From a virus (Duplodnaviria; Caudoviricetes), in the IMG/VR virus record IMGVR_UViG_3300021255_000050, positions 1 to 64,000 of that record: a DNA stretch of 64,000 nt, one strand, 5' to 3'. The first letter of the stretch is position 1. Every line of letters begins with the position of its first letter. Below the pieces are notes generated by a model. That model did not search any database and was not told the DNA's origin. It saw only the letters and a list, made by a program, of their open reading frames with translations. This document shows, piece by piece, positions 1 to 9,339 of this stretch. The position numbers were made by a program, and so were the translations under genes.

Positions 1-214
1 AGACCTACGAACTGCCGTTCTAATCAAAAATTGATGCATATAAAGATATATGGGTGGAGATTTTCTCCCCCCAAACCCCCCTCTCCATGATGGTGTGGCC
101 CGCGCGGTTTTCTGCGAAAACCTTACGGTCCGCACCATTTTCAGAGGATTTGTCGATATGTGAAACGTTTTGCGCTAATTCATGCAAAAATGAAGGGAAT
201 GTTCACCTTTTGCA

Positions 215-277
215 TGTGGATAACCCTGTGGATAACTATCCTTTATCCACAACCCCTGTTGAAAACCCTGTGGATAA
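215..277. promoter_or_regulatory. Cluster of DnaA boxes
   Basis: Perfect TGTGGATAA/TTATCCACA at 215-223, 227-235, 243-251 (opposite orientation) and 269-277, plus a degenerate TGTTGAAAA at 257-265. Confidence 0.85.
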
Positions 278-807
278 CCCCTCGTGCTCTCGCGTGGGGT
301 TACGCGTGTCGTAAGTTTTGCATCGCCTACGGCGATCACAATACGCGTAACGTAAGTTGACGTAGGTGACGAGGTTTCGTGGTCCCCTTTTGCTTCAGCT
401 TCGCCAATCCCGCCATGCTGGCGCTAAAGCGCCGCGGCTCGCTTCGCGTTGCTTCGCTCGTAGCGCCTACGGCGCTTGCCGCTGTGGTCGCGAGTTTGGC
501 GTGGTAGCTGGTCGCCATCCGGCGACTAACGTGGTCGCCCTTGGTTTACTGCTGAAGAAAAGAAAGGAGATTGTGTCTTCGGCTTGCGAATGTTGACTTT
601 GCGTGGTCCCGGTTTCCAATGTGCTCTTTTTTGCTTCGGCTCGTGAAAGAGGTGGTCGCTTTCGAATAATTAGCGTTACTTGTAGTAGCGGCGCCGGTGG
701 CGCCGCGAAAACTGTGGTTTTTCTTCTTTTTTTTCTGCAGTAGGCGTGTATGCGCCTTCGGCTCGCAAAAATGGAGCGTCAGCTCATAAATATAAGGAGG
801 TAAACGA

Positions 808-993
808 ATGGTCGAAAATTGGTCCTTTTTGTATACCGAAAACCGCTACAAAGCAAGCGAACAGAGCATTTATGAACCTGTCGATGTATATGAATGCCCC
901 CACTGCGGAGCAAAGCATCGAGTCGCGTATCGCATGAAAGCAACTATGCCGTTCTGCTGGAAATGCGAAAAGACTGTGAAGCCCGGTTCTTGA
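808..993 (+). CDS. Small zinc-ribbon protein
   Basis: AAGGAGG RBS; CPHC and CWKC pairs. Confidence 0.6.
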   Translation: MVENWSFLYTENRYKASEQSIYEPVDVYECPHCGAKHRVAYRMKATMPFCWKCEKTVKPGS

Positions 994-1036
994 TCGCAGT
1001 ATGTCAATATCGGACAAATGAAAGGAGAAAAACCGA

Positions 1037-1312
1037 ATGACAGCTCGTGAGTTTTTGGCTGATCCGAACAGTATGATCGACAGTTTTCGCCGTGAGCGTG
1101 CAAAATGCAAAGATGGTTTCTCTATCAGCATTCAGCAGTCTGGTTTCCATTACTGCGACTACAACTCGGTTGAGTTGGGGTTCCCGAACCATAAGGAGCC
1201 GCTGATCATGCAGTATGCTGAAGACAGCTCGAAACCGACAAAAACGGTGTATGGTTGGGTTCCGCTGGACGTAATCGATGCCGTGGTCGCGAAGCACGGA
1301 GGCATCATCTAA
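1037..1312 (+). CDS. Hypothetical phage protein
   Basis: AAAGGAG RBS; 91-aa ORF. Confidence 0.6.
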   Translation: MTAREFLADPNSMIDSFRRERAKCKDGFSISIQQSGFHYCDYNSVELGFPNHKEPLIMQYAEDSSKPTKTVYGWVPLDVIDAVVAKHGGII

Positions 1313-1603
1313 GGTGTGAACTTTATAAATGAGGTGTAATGAGAAGAAAATGAATAGGTTTGAATTGATAATGGTCGCTGGTGAAATGACAAGATCGAAA
1401 ACTGTCATCGCCAGCTTTTCTTCGTCAGAAGTAGCGAATGCTGCGAAAGACGCACTGTATGCTGGCATGAGAGCAAACTCGCTCTATAGTGATGTCAGCT
1501 ACGAAATCATTCCGGTCACTTACGCTTAAAGCGTAAAAATAACTACGATATACATAATAATGTATATAAATATGAACGAAAGATTATAGGAGGAAAAAGA
1601 ATT

Positions 1604-2038
1604 ATGTTTAACATCGCTATTATTGGTAACCTCACTCGTGACGTGGAACTGCGCACTGTCAACACTGCTTCTGGACAGAAGAAGGTTGCAGATCTGAACA
1701 TCGCCGTTAATGGCCGTAAGGTCGGCGATAGGGAAGCTCCGGTTGCTTACATCAAGGCAACCGCATGGGAAGGTCTTGCCGAAGTTGCTGCAAAGTACTG
1801 CAAGAAAGGCCAGAAGGTCAGCATTACCAGCAACTTTATGACAGCACGCGCCTACACCAACAAGAATGGAGAACCCGCAGCAAGCATGGAATGCAGGATT
1901 GTGGAGTTCGAACTTCTCGGCGGTGCTCACGGCGGAGCTTCTTCCGATAACTCTGCAGCACCTGTGCAGCACCCTGCAGCTACAGACGCGCAGAGCGGCT
2001 TCGAGCTGGCTGAAGACACGGCAAACCTGCCGTTCTAA
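1604..2038 (+). CDS. ssb: Single-stranded DNA-binding protein
   Basis: IIGNLTRDVELR N-terminus, AWEGLAE..KG motif, acidic tail ending LPF. Confidence 0.9.
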   Translation: MFNIAIIGNLTRDVELRTVNTASGQKKVADLNIAVNGRKVGDREAPVAYIKATAWEGLAEVAAKYCKKGQKVSITSNFMTARAYTNKNGEPAASMECRIVEFELLGGAHGGASSDNSAAPVQHPAATDAQSGFELAEDTANLPF

Positions 2039-3036
2039 GGCAACACCCGGATAAACTTCCAGCCACCCTCTCGCAGTACTCTCTGCGCGCATACGAGGGG
2101 CGCAAAAGAGCTGGTTAGAAAACGCATGCTTGCGAGGCGCGGTTTACACGAAGCGTGAAGTTTACGCGCCAAAACCTCCTGCAGCTTCCCGATAATAGGC
2201 TAGCAGGTAAAGCCGCCCCTAGGCTATGTGTGCTTTACATTAATGAGGTTTGCGCACATATGGCAGTCGTGGTTCGACGGTTCGACTCCGGCAACTGCCC
2301 TTCTTACAGCTGGCGGTTCACCTCCTTTTCGTCAGCTGTTTTCTATTACTGGCTCTCCCCGTGTGGAGAGCACATCGCTTGGCGAGGCGCATGAACCTCG
2401 CTGAACGCTCGTTAAAATAAAAACGAAAAATCTGTTTTTAATTTCCGCTTCGAAAAAATAAAAACGAAGGGAGCAAGCTTATGAAATACTTTGAAGTGAC
2501 CTTACAGAAAACATCCGAATGCTCAATTTATGTACCAGCTGAAGACGACAGCAAAGAGACTGCCAAGAAGAATGCTCTGAAAAAAGCACCGTATCTTGAT
2601 GGTTTCTGGGAAGAAGATGATGTCTGTGTCGTAGACGTAACCGAATCGGATTATCTCGGTAAACCTCATCCGCTGTTGAAAGGAGCAAACTAATGCAAAA
2701 TCCAAACGATTCTGTCCCTCACAGCATCTGGGAAGCCTATCTTTGTGGTGCTCTTACTCTGCAGCAAGTACAAGAGCTTCTTGCGCAGTGGCACAGAGAG
2801 CACGACGAAAAGAACCTCAGAATGCGGTCTGGAAGCCTCAAGTATCGTAAGTTGGAGGAAATAAACTAATGGACTTCGAGAAAATATATGATACTGCTAC
2901 AAGCTATTATGGCGAATCAACTGCAGCCCAGATGTTCAGAGACTGGACAAGCTGGGAGCACGAACCAATCGACCCCGCAGAGCTGAATGATGACGTAAGA
3001 GAAGACGACGTAGCATAACAAAGAAGGCAATCAAGA

Positions 3037-3291
3037 ATGATTAAGAGTTATGTACTACGCCCTCCTGTCTACAAGGCAGTACAATGGACTGGAGATAACT
3101 ATGATGAGATTCTGGAGTTCCTTGGTAAGAAAGCTTTCACGCAGAATGATAAAAAGGAGGTTCTCTGGATACAGTCACCTGATGGTTTGATGAGAGCGCA
3201 TAAAGACGATTATCTCGTCCAGATCGATGACGGAAGGATATATCCATACCCGCCGGACCGCTTCTTATATAAGTATAAGGAGGCAGACTAA
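3037..3291 (+). CDS. Hypothetical phage protein (AVQWTG...DYLV...YP type)
   Basis: 84-aa ORF coupled to a related gene at 3291. Confidence 0.55.
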   Translation: MIKSYVLRPPVYKAVQWTGDNYDEILEFLGKKAFTQNDKKEVLWIQSPDGLMRAHKDDYLVQIDDGRIYPYPPDRFLYKYKEAD

Positions 3292-3542
3292 TGCGCTGCA
3301 GGTTGAAAATGACATATGAAGTTCGCCAGTACAAGAAAGGCGAGAAGTTCGAAAACTTCGACGGAGTCATGCATTTCATCACAGAGAACGACAACCTGTG
3401 TATCGTGGACTTCAAGCATAACACGAAGCACCACGCATACGATGGCGACTATATCGTAATGAGCGATGATGGATACTTTGAAACATATGAACCCGAAGAC
3501 TTTGAGAAGTTCTACGAAATTATTAAGGAGGATGCTACATGA
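3291..3542 (+). CDS. Hypothetical phage protein related to the upstream gene
   Basis: GDYIV...FEKFYE motif; overlaps neighbours. Confidence 0.55.
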   Translation: MRCRLKMTYEVRQYKKGEKFENFDGVMHFITENDNLCIVDFKHNTKHHAYDGDYIVMSDDGYFETYEPEDFEKFYEIIKEDAT

Positions 3543-3955
3543 ATGAATTCGAAAAGCAGGCTGAAGAATTTCTGAAGGAAGCCGGCGCCGAAATGAACAT
3601 CGAATTTCATTGCGTTGTCGATGGTTTGCCGTTCGATATGAATGATCATCTGCAGCACAACAAGTATACCGTAACGCTGCGCCGTGGAACGAAGGAATAT
3701 ATCTTTCCTTTCTATGACAGCTATGTCAACTATAAGGACGGCACGGAGCCGACGAAGTACGATGTGCTTTCTTGTGTCATGAAGTCTGACCCCGGAACCA
3801 TGGGTGACTTCATCGAAGAATACGGCTTCAGGATTACCGGCAGGAAGACGTTCAATGAAGTCGAGGGACTTTGGAAAGCCTGCAAGAAAGAGTACGAATC
3901 ACTGCTCGAGCTGTTTGGCCCCGAACTTATGGAGAAACTCGCTGAAATTAACTAA
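3539..3955 (+). CDS. Hypothetical protein, paralog 1 of a tandem pair
   Basis: Shares AEEFLKEA...DPG.MGD...LFGPELMEKLAE with 3977-4357. Confidence 0.7.
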   Translation: MNEFEKQAEEFLKEAGAEMNIEFHCVVDGLPFDMNDHLQHNKYTVTLRRGTKEYIFPFYDSYVNYKDGTEPTKYDVLSCVMKSDPGTMGDFIEEYGFRITGRKTFNEVEGLWKACKKEYESLLELFGPELMEKLAEIN

Positions 3956-3976
3956 TCGAAGAATGGGGGAAACTAC

Positions 3977-4357
3977 ATGACTGCTGAAGAGTTCCTCAAA
4001 GAAGCAAACGCAACAATAGACGTCCGGCTTGCTGAAAATCAGGATGTCCAGTGGCGCGACAAGTACATCGTAATGCTGCGGAAAGGTGACGAATACGTCT
4101 CTTTTCCATTTTATAGCAGCACTTTCGAATGGTACAACGGCATTAAAGTTACTGCCGATACCGTTCTCAGCAGTGTACAGAAGACCGACCCCGGCGATAT
4201 GGGAGACTACATCGACTGCCATCGTTATGAAATCAATGATGGTGAGACTTTCAGGAAAGTCGAGAGATGGTGGAAAGCCAGCAAGAATGAGTATGATTCG
4301 TTGCTGAAACTGTTTGGTCCCGAGCTGATGGAAAAGCTCGCAGAAGTAAATACTTGA
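3977..4357 (+). CDS. Hypothetical protein, paralog 2 of a tandem pair
   Basis: See 3539-3955. Confidence 0.7.
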   Translation: MTAEEFLKEANATIDVRLAENQDVQWRDKYIVMLRKGDEYVSFPFYSSTFEWYNGIKVTADTVLSSVQKTDPGDMGDYIDCHRYEINDGETFRKVERWWKASKNEYDSLLKLFGPELMEKLAEVNT

Positions 4358-5142
4358 GGAGGTCTTGCTTTTGACGAAATGGGTTTGCCCCGAGTGTTCG
4401 TATGTTCAATGGCTCTTTGTCCCATCGAAATGTCCTCAATGTGGTTATGTACCGAAGATGTATCGAAAGAAAAAGAAGAATAAGGAGTGATGCCCGTGGA
4501 AATTTATGCAGCTTACAATGAAGATGGAAAAGCGTATGACTTTTACGACAGCTACGAAGCGATGCATAACGCTCTCGTAGATGATTCCGCTTTCAAGTCA
4601 TACAAGGTAATCACGGTCGATGAAAGCGAGATCGAAACTTTGAACAAGTTCATTCTCGCAAAACACCGCCTGCAGTATCTGGCAGGAAAGAAGGCGAGCT
4701 AATGTACGTCTTCACGGTCGAAGCGGTTTACGACTATGACGACGTAAAGCTCGTAAGTGTATGCAAAACAAAGAAGGACGCTGAGCAGGAAGTTCAGCGT
4801 CTTTCTTCTTCACAGCCAGTCGTCAAACCAGAACGCTATGAGATAAATAAGAGAAAGGTTATCGAGCATGCTAAAAAGAGTAATGGAAAAGGCGCTGCAA
4901 ATAATTGACAACGCAGACTTCACAGCTCATGGCTGCACCTTGATGGACAATAAGTATCTCCACAAGGTCGCCATGGATATCACCAAGAAAGATGATGACT
5001 TTTACTACAGGCTCAACGTTGCGAGGCCCGACAATGTGAACATCACGATCACTGATTCGGACTCGAACCTGTATGTATTCCAGATGTCTCCGTATGAAGC
5101 GCAGTGCGCTTACGAAATATTTATGAGGGCGGTAAATGCTGC

Positions 5143-5907
5143 ATGAATGAAATGATGGTTTTCGAGAATCCGAAGTTCGGCAAGGTTCGCAGTCTGGAAA
5201 TCGAGGGTAAGCCGTGGTTTGTTGGCAAAGATGTAGCCAGCATTCTCGGGTATAAAGACACGTCAGATGCGCTGAAGAAGCATGTAGATGATGACGATAA
5301 GCTGACCCGGCAATTCGCCGACTCAGGTCAGAACCGTGACATGTTTGTGATAAACGAAAGCGGGCTTTACTCTCTCATCCTCTGCAGCAAACTTCCTGCA
5401 GCAAAGGAGTTCAAGCGCTGGGTGACAACCGAAGTTTTGCCCAGCATCCGCAAATATGGAATGTATGCCGTAGAGGAGATGCTGGAAAACCCCGATATGC
5501 TCATCGAAGCTCTCACGGCCCTCAAGAATGAGCGCAGTCAGCGCAAGCTCCTGCAGGACAAGGTCGACGAACTCGAGCCGAAAGCTCGCTACTTCGATTA
5601 CGTTATGCAGAGCCAGGACTTGGTACCGATCACCGTTATCGCAAAGGACTATGGATGGTCGGCGAACAAGCTGAATAATTATCTGCATGTAAAGAACGTC
5701 CAGTACAAGAGCGGCTCGGTATGGGTTCTTTACCAGCCGTATGCTGACAAGAAGTATGTAGGCACGAAGACCTACAGCTACTGCGATAACAAAGGCGAAA
5801 GCCACGCAACAATCCATATGCAGTGGACACAGAAGGGCAGACTCTTCATCTATGAACTGATGAAGAAGGAAGGTATCCTGCCGCTTATAGAAAGGGAGAT
5901 TGCATGA
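5143..5907 (+). CDS. BRO-N / KilA-C phage antirepressor
   Basis: FENPKFGKVR...PWFVGKDVA...INESGLYSLI...FKRWVTTEVLPSIRK; C-terminal IAKDYG..A.KLN and WTQKGRLFIY. Confidence 0.9.
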   Translation: MNEMMVFENPKFGKVRSLEIEGKPWFVGKDVASILGYKDTSDALKKHVDDDDKLTRQFADSGQNRDMFVINESGLYSLILCSKLPAAKEFKRWVTTEVLPSIRKYGMYAVEEMLENPDMLIEALTALKNERSQRKLLQDKVDELEPKARYFDYVMQSQDLVPITVIAKDYGWSANKLNNYLHVKNVQYKSGSVWVLYQPYADKKYVGTKTYSYCDNKGESHATIHMQWTQKGRLFIYELMKKEGILPLIEREIA

Positions 5908-6320
5908 CAATCTATCAGTACGCAGAGCAGTTTCACCGGTTTGGTGATGAAATACCTGTCGCTGATAATGTCTATGATGTACTCTTCTATGCCTATCCTG
6001 AGAAGGATGGTGCAGAAGATGAAGACCTTTTCTTCCGGGCTTCGGATAAGCTGTACAAAATCTTCGAGATTGTAGACATTACGTCCGATGGCACTGTGAT
6101 CTGCGACCTCACCAGTATGATTCGCCTCCACCAGCCCCAGCTTGAGGCAGCACATCTCTTCCGCGATTCGTCAGTTGGCGCAATTATGGAGGACATGCAC
6201 GCTATCATGGCTGGCTATGTCAGCGAGGATTGGATGGACGAATTCGCTACTATTCTTTCTGAATAATATATATAATAACATATATATTATTAATAAACAA
6301 TAAAAAGGAGACAAAGAATT

Positions 6321-6959
6321 ATGATTAAGCTCATGATCGGTAACACCACCACCCGCAACATCTACATCGTCAACGAAGAGCAGACCATCCGTCAGCTCTG
6401 TGAACAGTATATGCCGACCGCAATTGGCCTGCTGTACCTGAACGACATGATCCTGACCGATGAGGACATGGACCAGCCGCTCAACAGCTTCGAGCTGATG
6501 GAAGACCGTAACCGCCTGATCTCTCTCGTCAAGACCGAGGGCGCATGGAAGGCGAAGATCGACGGCAACGCTGTGAAGATCATCTCAAGCAAGAATCTCG
6601 CAGACCTGCGCCTGTTGGAAGCTTACAACGCCAACGAGATGACGGAGACCCGCATCGATCCGTCTTCTGAAGGAAACTGGATCGTGGATGCTCAGATCTT
6701 CACGAATGAGAAAACTGGCAGCATGAGCAGCTACCACATCGCGTTCAATCCCACGCCTACTGCAAGCGGCAAGGCGTATGTCACCACAGTTCTGCCGGAC
6801 GGCGTCGAGGACAAGGAAGCGTACATCAAGGAGAACTATGGCAGGGTCCTGAAGCTCCTCAGTACTATCGAGGAGTACATGGACGACGATGTGCTCGCAA
6901 GAATCAGGGCGAACGATACGCTTGACGGCGAGTTCGTCTACGTAGATGATGAAGATTAA
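6321..6959 (+). CDS. Putative ubiquitin-like (beta-grasp) domain (~74 aa, ending VKTEG) fused to a C-terminal domain of unknown function
   Basis: AAGGAG RBS; beta-beta-alpha-beta pattern in the first ~75 aa; first gene of the E2/JAB/E1 operon. Confidence 0.55.
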   Translation: MIKLMIGNTTTRNIYIVNEEQTIRQLCEQYMPTAIGLLYLNDMILTDEDMDQPLNSFELMEDRNRLISLVKTEGAWKAKIDGNAVKIISSKNLADLRLLEAYNANEMTETRIDPSSEGNWIVDAQIFTNEKTGSMSSYHIAFNPTPTASGKAYVTTVLPDGVEDKEAYIKENYGRVLKLLSTIEEYMDDDVLARIRANDTLDGEFVYVDDED

Positions 6960-6981
6960 GTAAGAAAGAGGGCTGCATATA

Positions 6982-8310
6982 ATGTATTTCGGCGATGTAA
7001 CGGCATTATTGCCTGGAACGATCATGGAAGTGAAAGAGTTCACCATCAATGATGAATTCTCGAAACTTGCATATCAGTATTTATTACATGATAGAATCGA
7101 GGTCGCTGGAGGCATTATATGCGGCCCTTCAAATTCTGTGGAAGATGACAGCTTCGGTGCAACCATCTACATCGTGAATGATTCACGATTAAGAACAGTC
7201 TTGCACGAAGCTGATACTGTTATCTGGGATACTTTCAATAGCCATATACATAGGGCTGTAAAGAAAGTGTATGTGACACCGAAAGGTAATTATGTTATCG
7301 ACATAAGCGATAGCGTTACCTCTCGTGATAAGGTCGCTAGGCTGGCATCGATCATGGTGCCAGTCTTCTTTCCGCAGCTGTTCATTGACAAGCCTCTGAC
7401 GGACAACGAGAAAGCATTCCTGACGAAAGCTTCTATGTCCAGGAATAGCACCGAGCTGACGGAGGCTGCGAACATCGCGCTTAAGGACCCCGTTATTCGC
7501 GATTTGGTGCAAAAACAGAGCTTAAGTAATCTCGTAAATGTGCTTAAGACTAACGAGGTGAAGAATGCTCGCAAGGTTGTCGCTGAACTTAAGTCAAATA
7601 TAGCTGCGCTTGCTGATAAGTATGCTTTGGAGAAAGATAAGTTGAAGAGGGAAGAGTACCACCTCTTCGCTCTTGAAAACCACATCAACAGCGCTGAGTT
7701 CAACGAGAGCATTAAGGACTTCATCGCGCTTTTCGAGAACAATCCGAAGCTCGAAATCCTGCAGGTGAAAGACAACGGCTTGATGGAATATCGCATCAAG
7801 ACAAGGCTGAACTACTTTGATCGGAAAGAAAGGTTCTTCGCACACATCCGGCAGGCTGATCAGAAGTTGATGGACAGCATCTTCTGTGCGAACCCCACGT
7901 TCGAGATCGAAACGTATGCGGATATTACGGTTGAGAACGGGAGCTTCCGGTCCGCAGCATCACGGCGCGTTGGCGTGAACCACGCAATCGAAATCGCCGA
8001 TGACGTGTATGCGGTGCCGAATCCGCATATCATGACGTTCAACTGCTTCGGCACTGCCGACTTGGTGCTGCATGATCTGCTTGGTTCCGGCAACTATGCT
8101 GGCTTCATCATGCAGACTATGGCATCAGCGAGCAATGCGAACCTCGTTGACGTTTCACCGATGCGGAACCTTGAAGAGGAACTGTTCATCCATTCAAGGA
8201 ACAAGAAGGTACTGTACAACAAGGTAACCAAGACGCATATGACAGTAGAGGAGGCGATTGAGTATGTTCACTCTCACATGGAGCGCGAAGGCTCACGAGA
8301 AGATGCGTGA
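6982..8310 (+). CDS. Coiled-coil protein with C-terminal E2/UBC-like domain
   Basis: PNPHIMTFNCFG resembles the E2 active-site HPN/PH...C motif; coiled coil near aa 170-240; operon context. Confidence 0.55.
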   Translation: MYFGDVTALLPGTIMEVKEFTINDEFSKLAYQYLLHDRIEVAGGIICGPSNSVEDDSFGATIYIVNDSRLRTVLHEADTVIWDTFNSHIHRAVKKVYVTPKGNYVIDISDSVTSRDKVARLASIMVPVFFPQLFIDKPLTDNEKAFLTKASMSRNSTELTEAANIALKDPVIRDLVQKQSLSNLVNVLKTNEVKNARKVVAELKSNIAALADKYALEKDKLKREEYHLFALENHINSAEFNESIKDFIALFENNPKLEILQVKDNGLMEYRIKTRLNYFDRKERFFAHIRQADQKLMDSIFCANPTFEIETYADITVENGSFRSAASRRVGVNHAIEIADDVYAVPNPHIMTFNCFGTADLVLHDLLGSGNYAGFIMQTMASASNANLVDVSPMRNLEEELFIHSRNKKVLYNKVTKTHMTVEEAIEYVHSHMEREGSREDA

Positions 8311-8683
8311 GCTTGTAGATAATAGGGATACTGAGATCGGTTGGTATGGTGTATGCGAGCGTGTCGGTGATCGAGTGAAGGTCACCGACATTCTTGTTTA
8401 TCCGCAGCGAGTAACAGGTTCGACATTCGAAACGGATGATATCGAGATGCTCAACTGGTTCGACTCTCTGCCTATGGACGTAGTCAATCATATCCGTCTG
8501 CATGGACATAGCCACGTGAATATGCAGGTGTACCCCAGCTTGACCGACCTAAACTTCGAGGACCAGATTCTTGGAGAACTCGGCCTCGACGACTACTACA
8601 TCTTCATGATCACGAATAAGAGGGAAGAAGTTCGTTATCGCTTTATTGATAAGGATGACGAGCGGGAGGTAATCGGAAGATGA
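8264..8683 (+). CDS. JAB/JAMM metallo-isopeptidase
   Basis: N-terminal E (TEIGW) and HSH-x7-S-x2-D motif (HGHSHVNMQVYPSLTD); overlaps the upstream gene. Confidence 0.85.
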   Translation: MFTLTWSAKAHEKMRELVDNRDTEIGWYGVCERVGDRVKVTDILVYPQRVTGSTFETDDIEMLNWFDSLPMDVVNHIRLHGHSHVNMQVYPSLTDLNFEDQILGELGLDDYYIFMITNKREEVRYRFIDKDDEREVIGR

Positions 8684-9339
8684 TGAACCTTGTAAAGTCC
8701 CAGGATTATGTGAACCCCAACGATAAGCCGGAGGCCATCCAAATCCTTGGCTGCGGGTCAGTTGGCAGCAACCTTGCTGAACACCTTGCGAGGTTCGGTT
8801 TCAAGACGTTTCATCTGTATGATTTCGACGTTGTTGAAAGCCGAAATCTCGTAAACCAGATGTTTACCATGAAAGATATCAGCAAACCAAAGGTGGAAGC
8901 GGTTCGCGACCTTATACTCAGCATCAATGACGAGGCTTCCGTCGAAATCCACGACGGAAAATGGGACGAGGATTGTGATCCTCTGTTCGGCTACGTTTTC
9001 CTGTGTTTCGACAGCATTGAGACAAGGCGTAAGGTTATAGAGCATGAATTCTACAACCCGATGGTCCGGGCTGTGTTCGATTTCCGCACAGCCCTCGTTG
9101 AAGGGCAGGTTTTCGCAGCTGACTGGATGAAACTGCAGGATAAGAAGCAGCTTCATAAGAGTATGAAGTTCGAGAAAGCGGATGCTGTACCTATGACAGC
9201 TTGCGGAACCGAAATGGGGATCGCAACAACTGTTAAGGCGACCGTGGATATCGGCATGATGAACTTTATACAGTACTACAGAACGGGTAAACTCAGAAAA
9301 GTCATGAACGTTAACATAGAAAGTATGGAGATTGTATGA
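8680..9339 (+). CDS. E1/ThiF-family adenylyltransferase
   Basis: GCGSVG, DFDVVESRNLVNQ, KVEA, CFDS, candidate catalytic Cys in TACG; ATGA overlap with JAB. Confidence 0.9.
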   Translation: MMNLVKSQDYVNPNDKPEAIQILGCGSVGSNLAEHLARFGFKTFHLYDFDVVESRNLVNQMFTMKDISKPKVEAVRDLILSINDEASVEIHDGKWDEDCDPLFGYVFLCFDSIETRRKVIEHEFYNPMVRAVFDFRTALVEGQVFAADWMKLQDKKQLHKSMKFEKADAVPMTACGTEMGIATTVKATVDIGMMNFIQYYRTGKLRKVMNVNIESMEIV

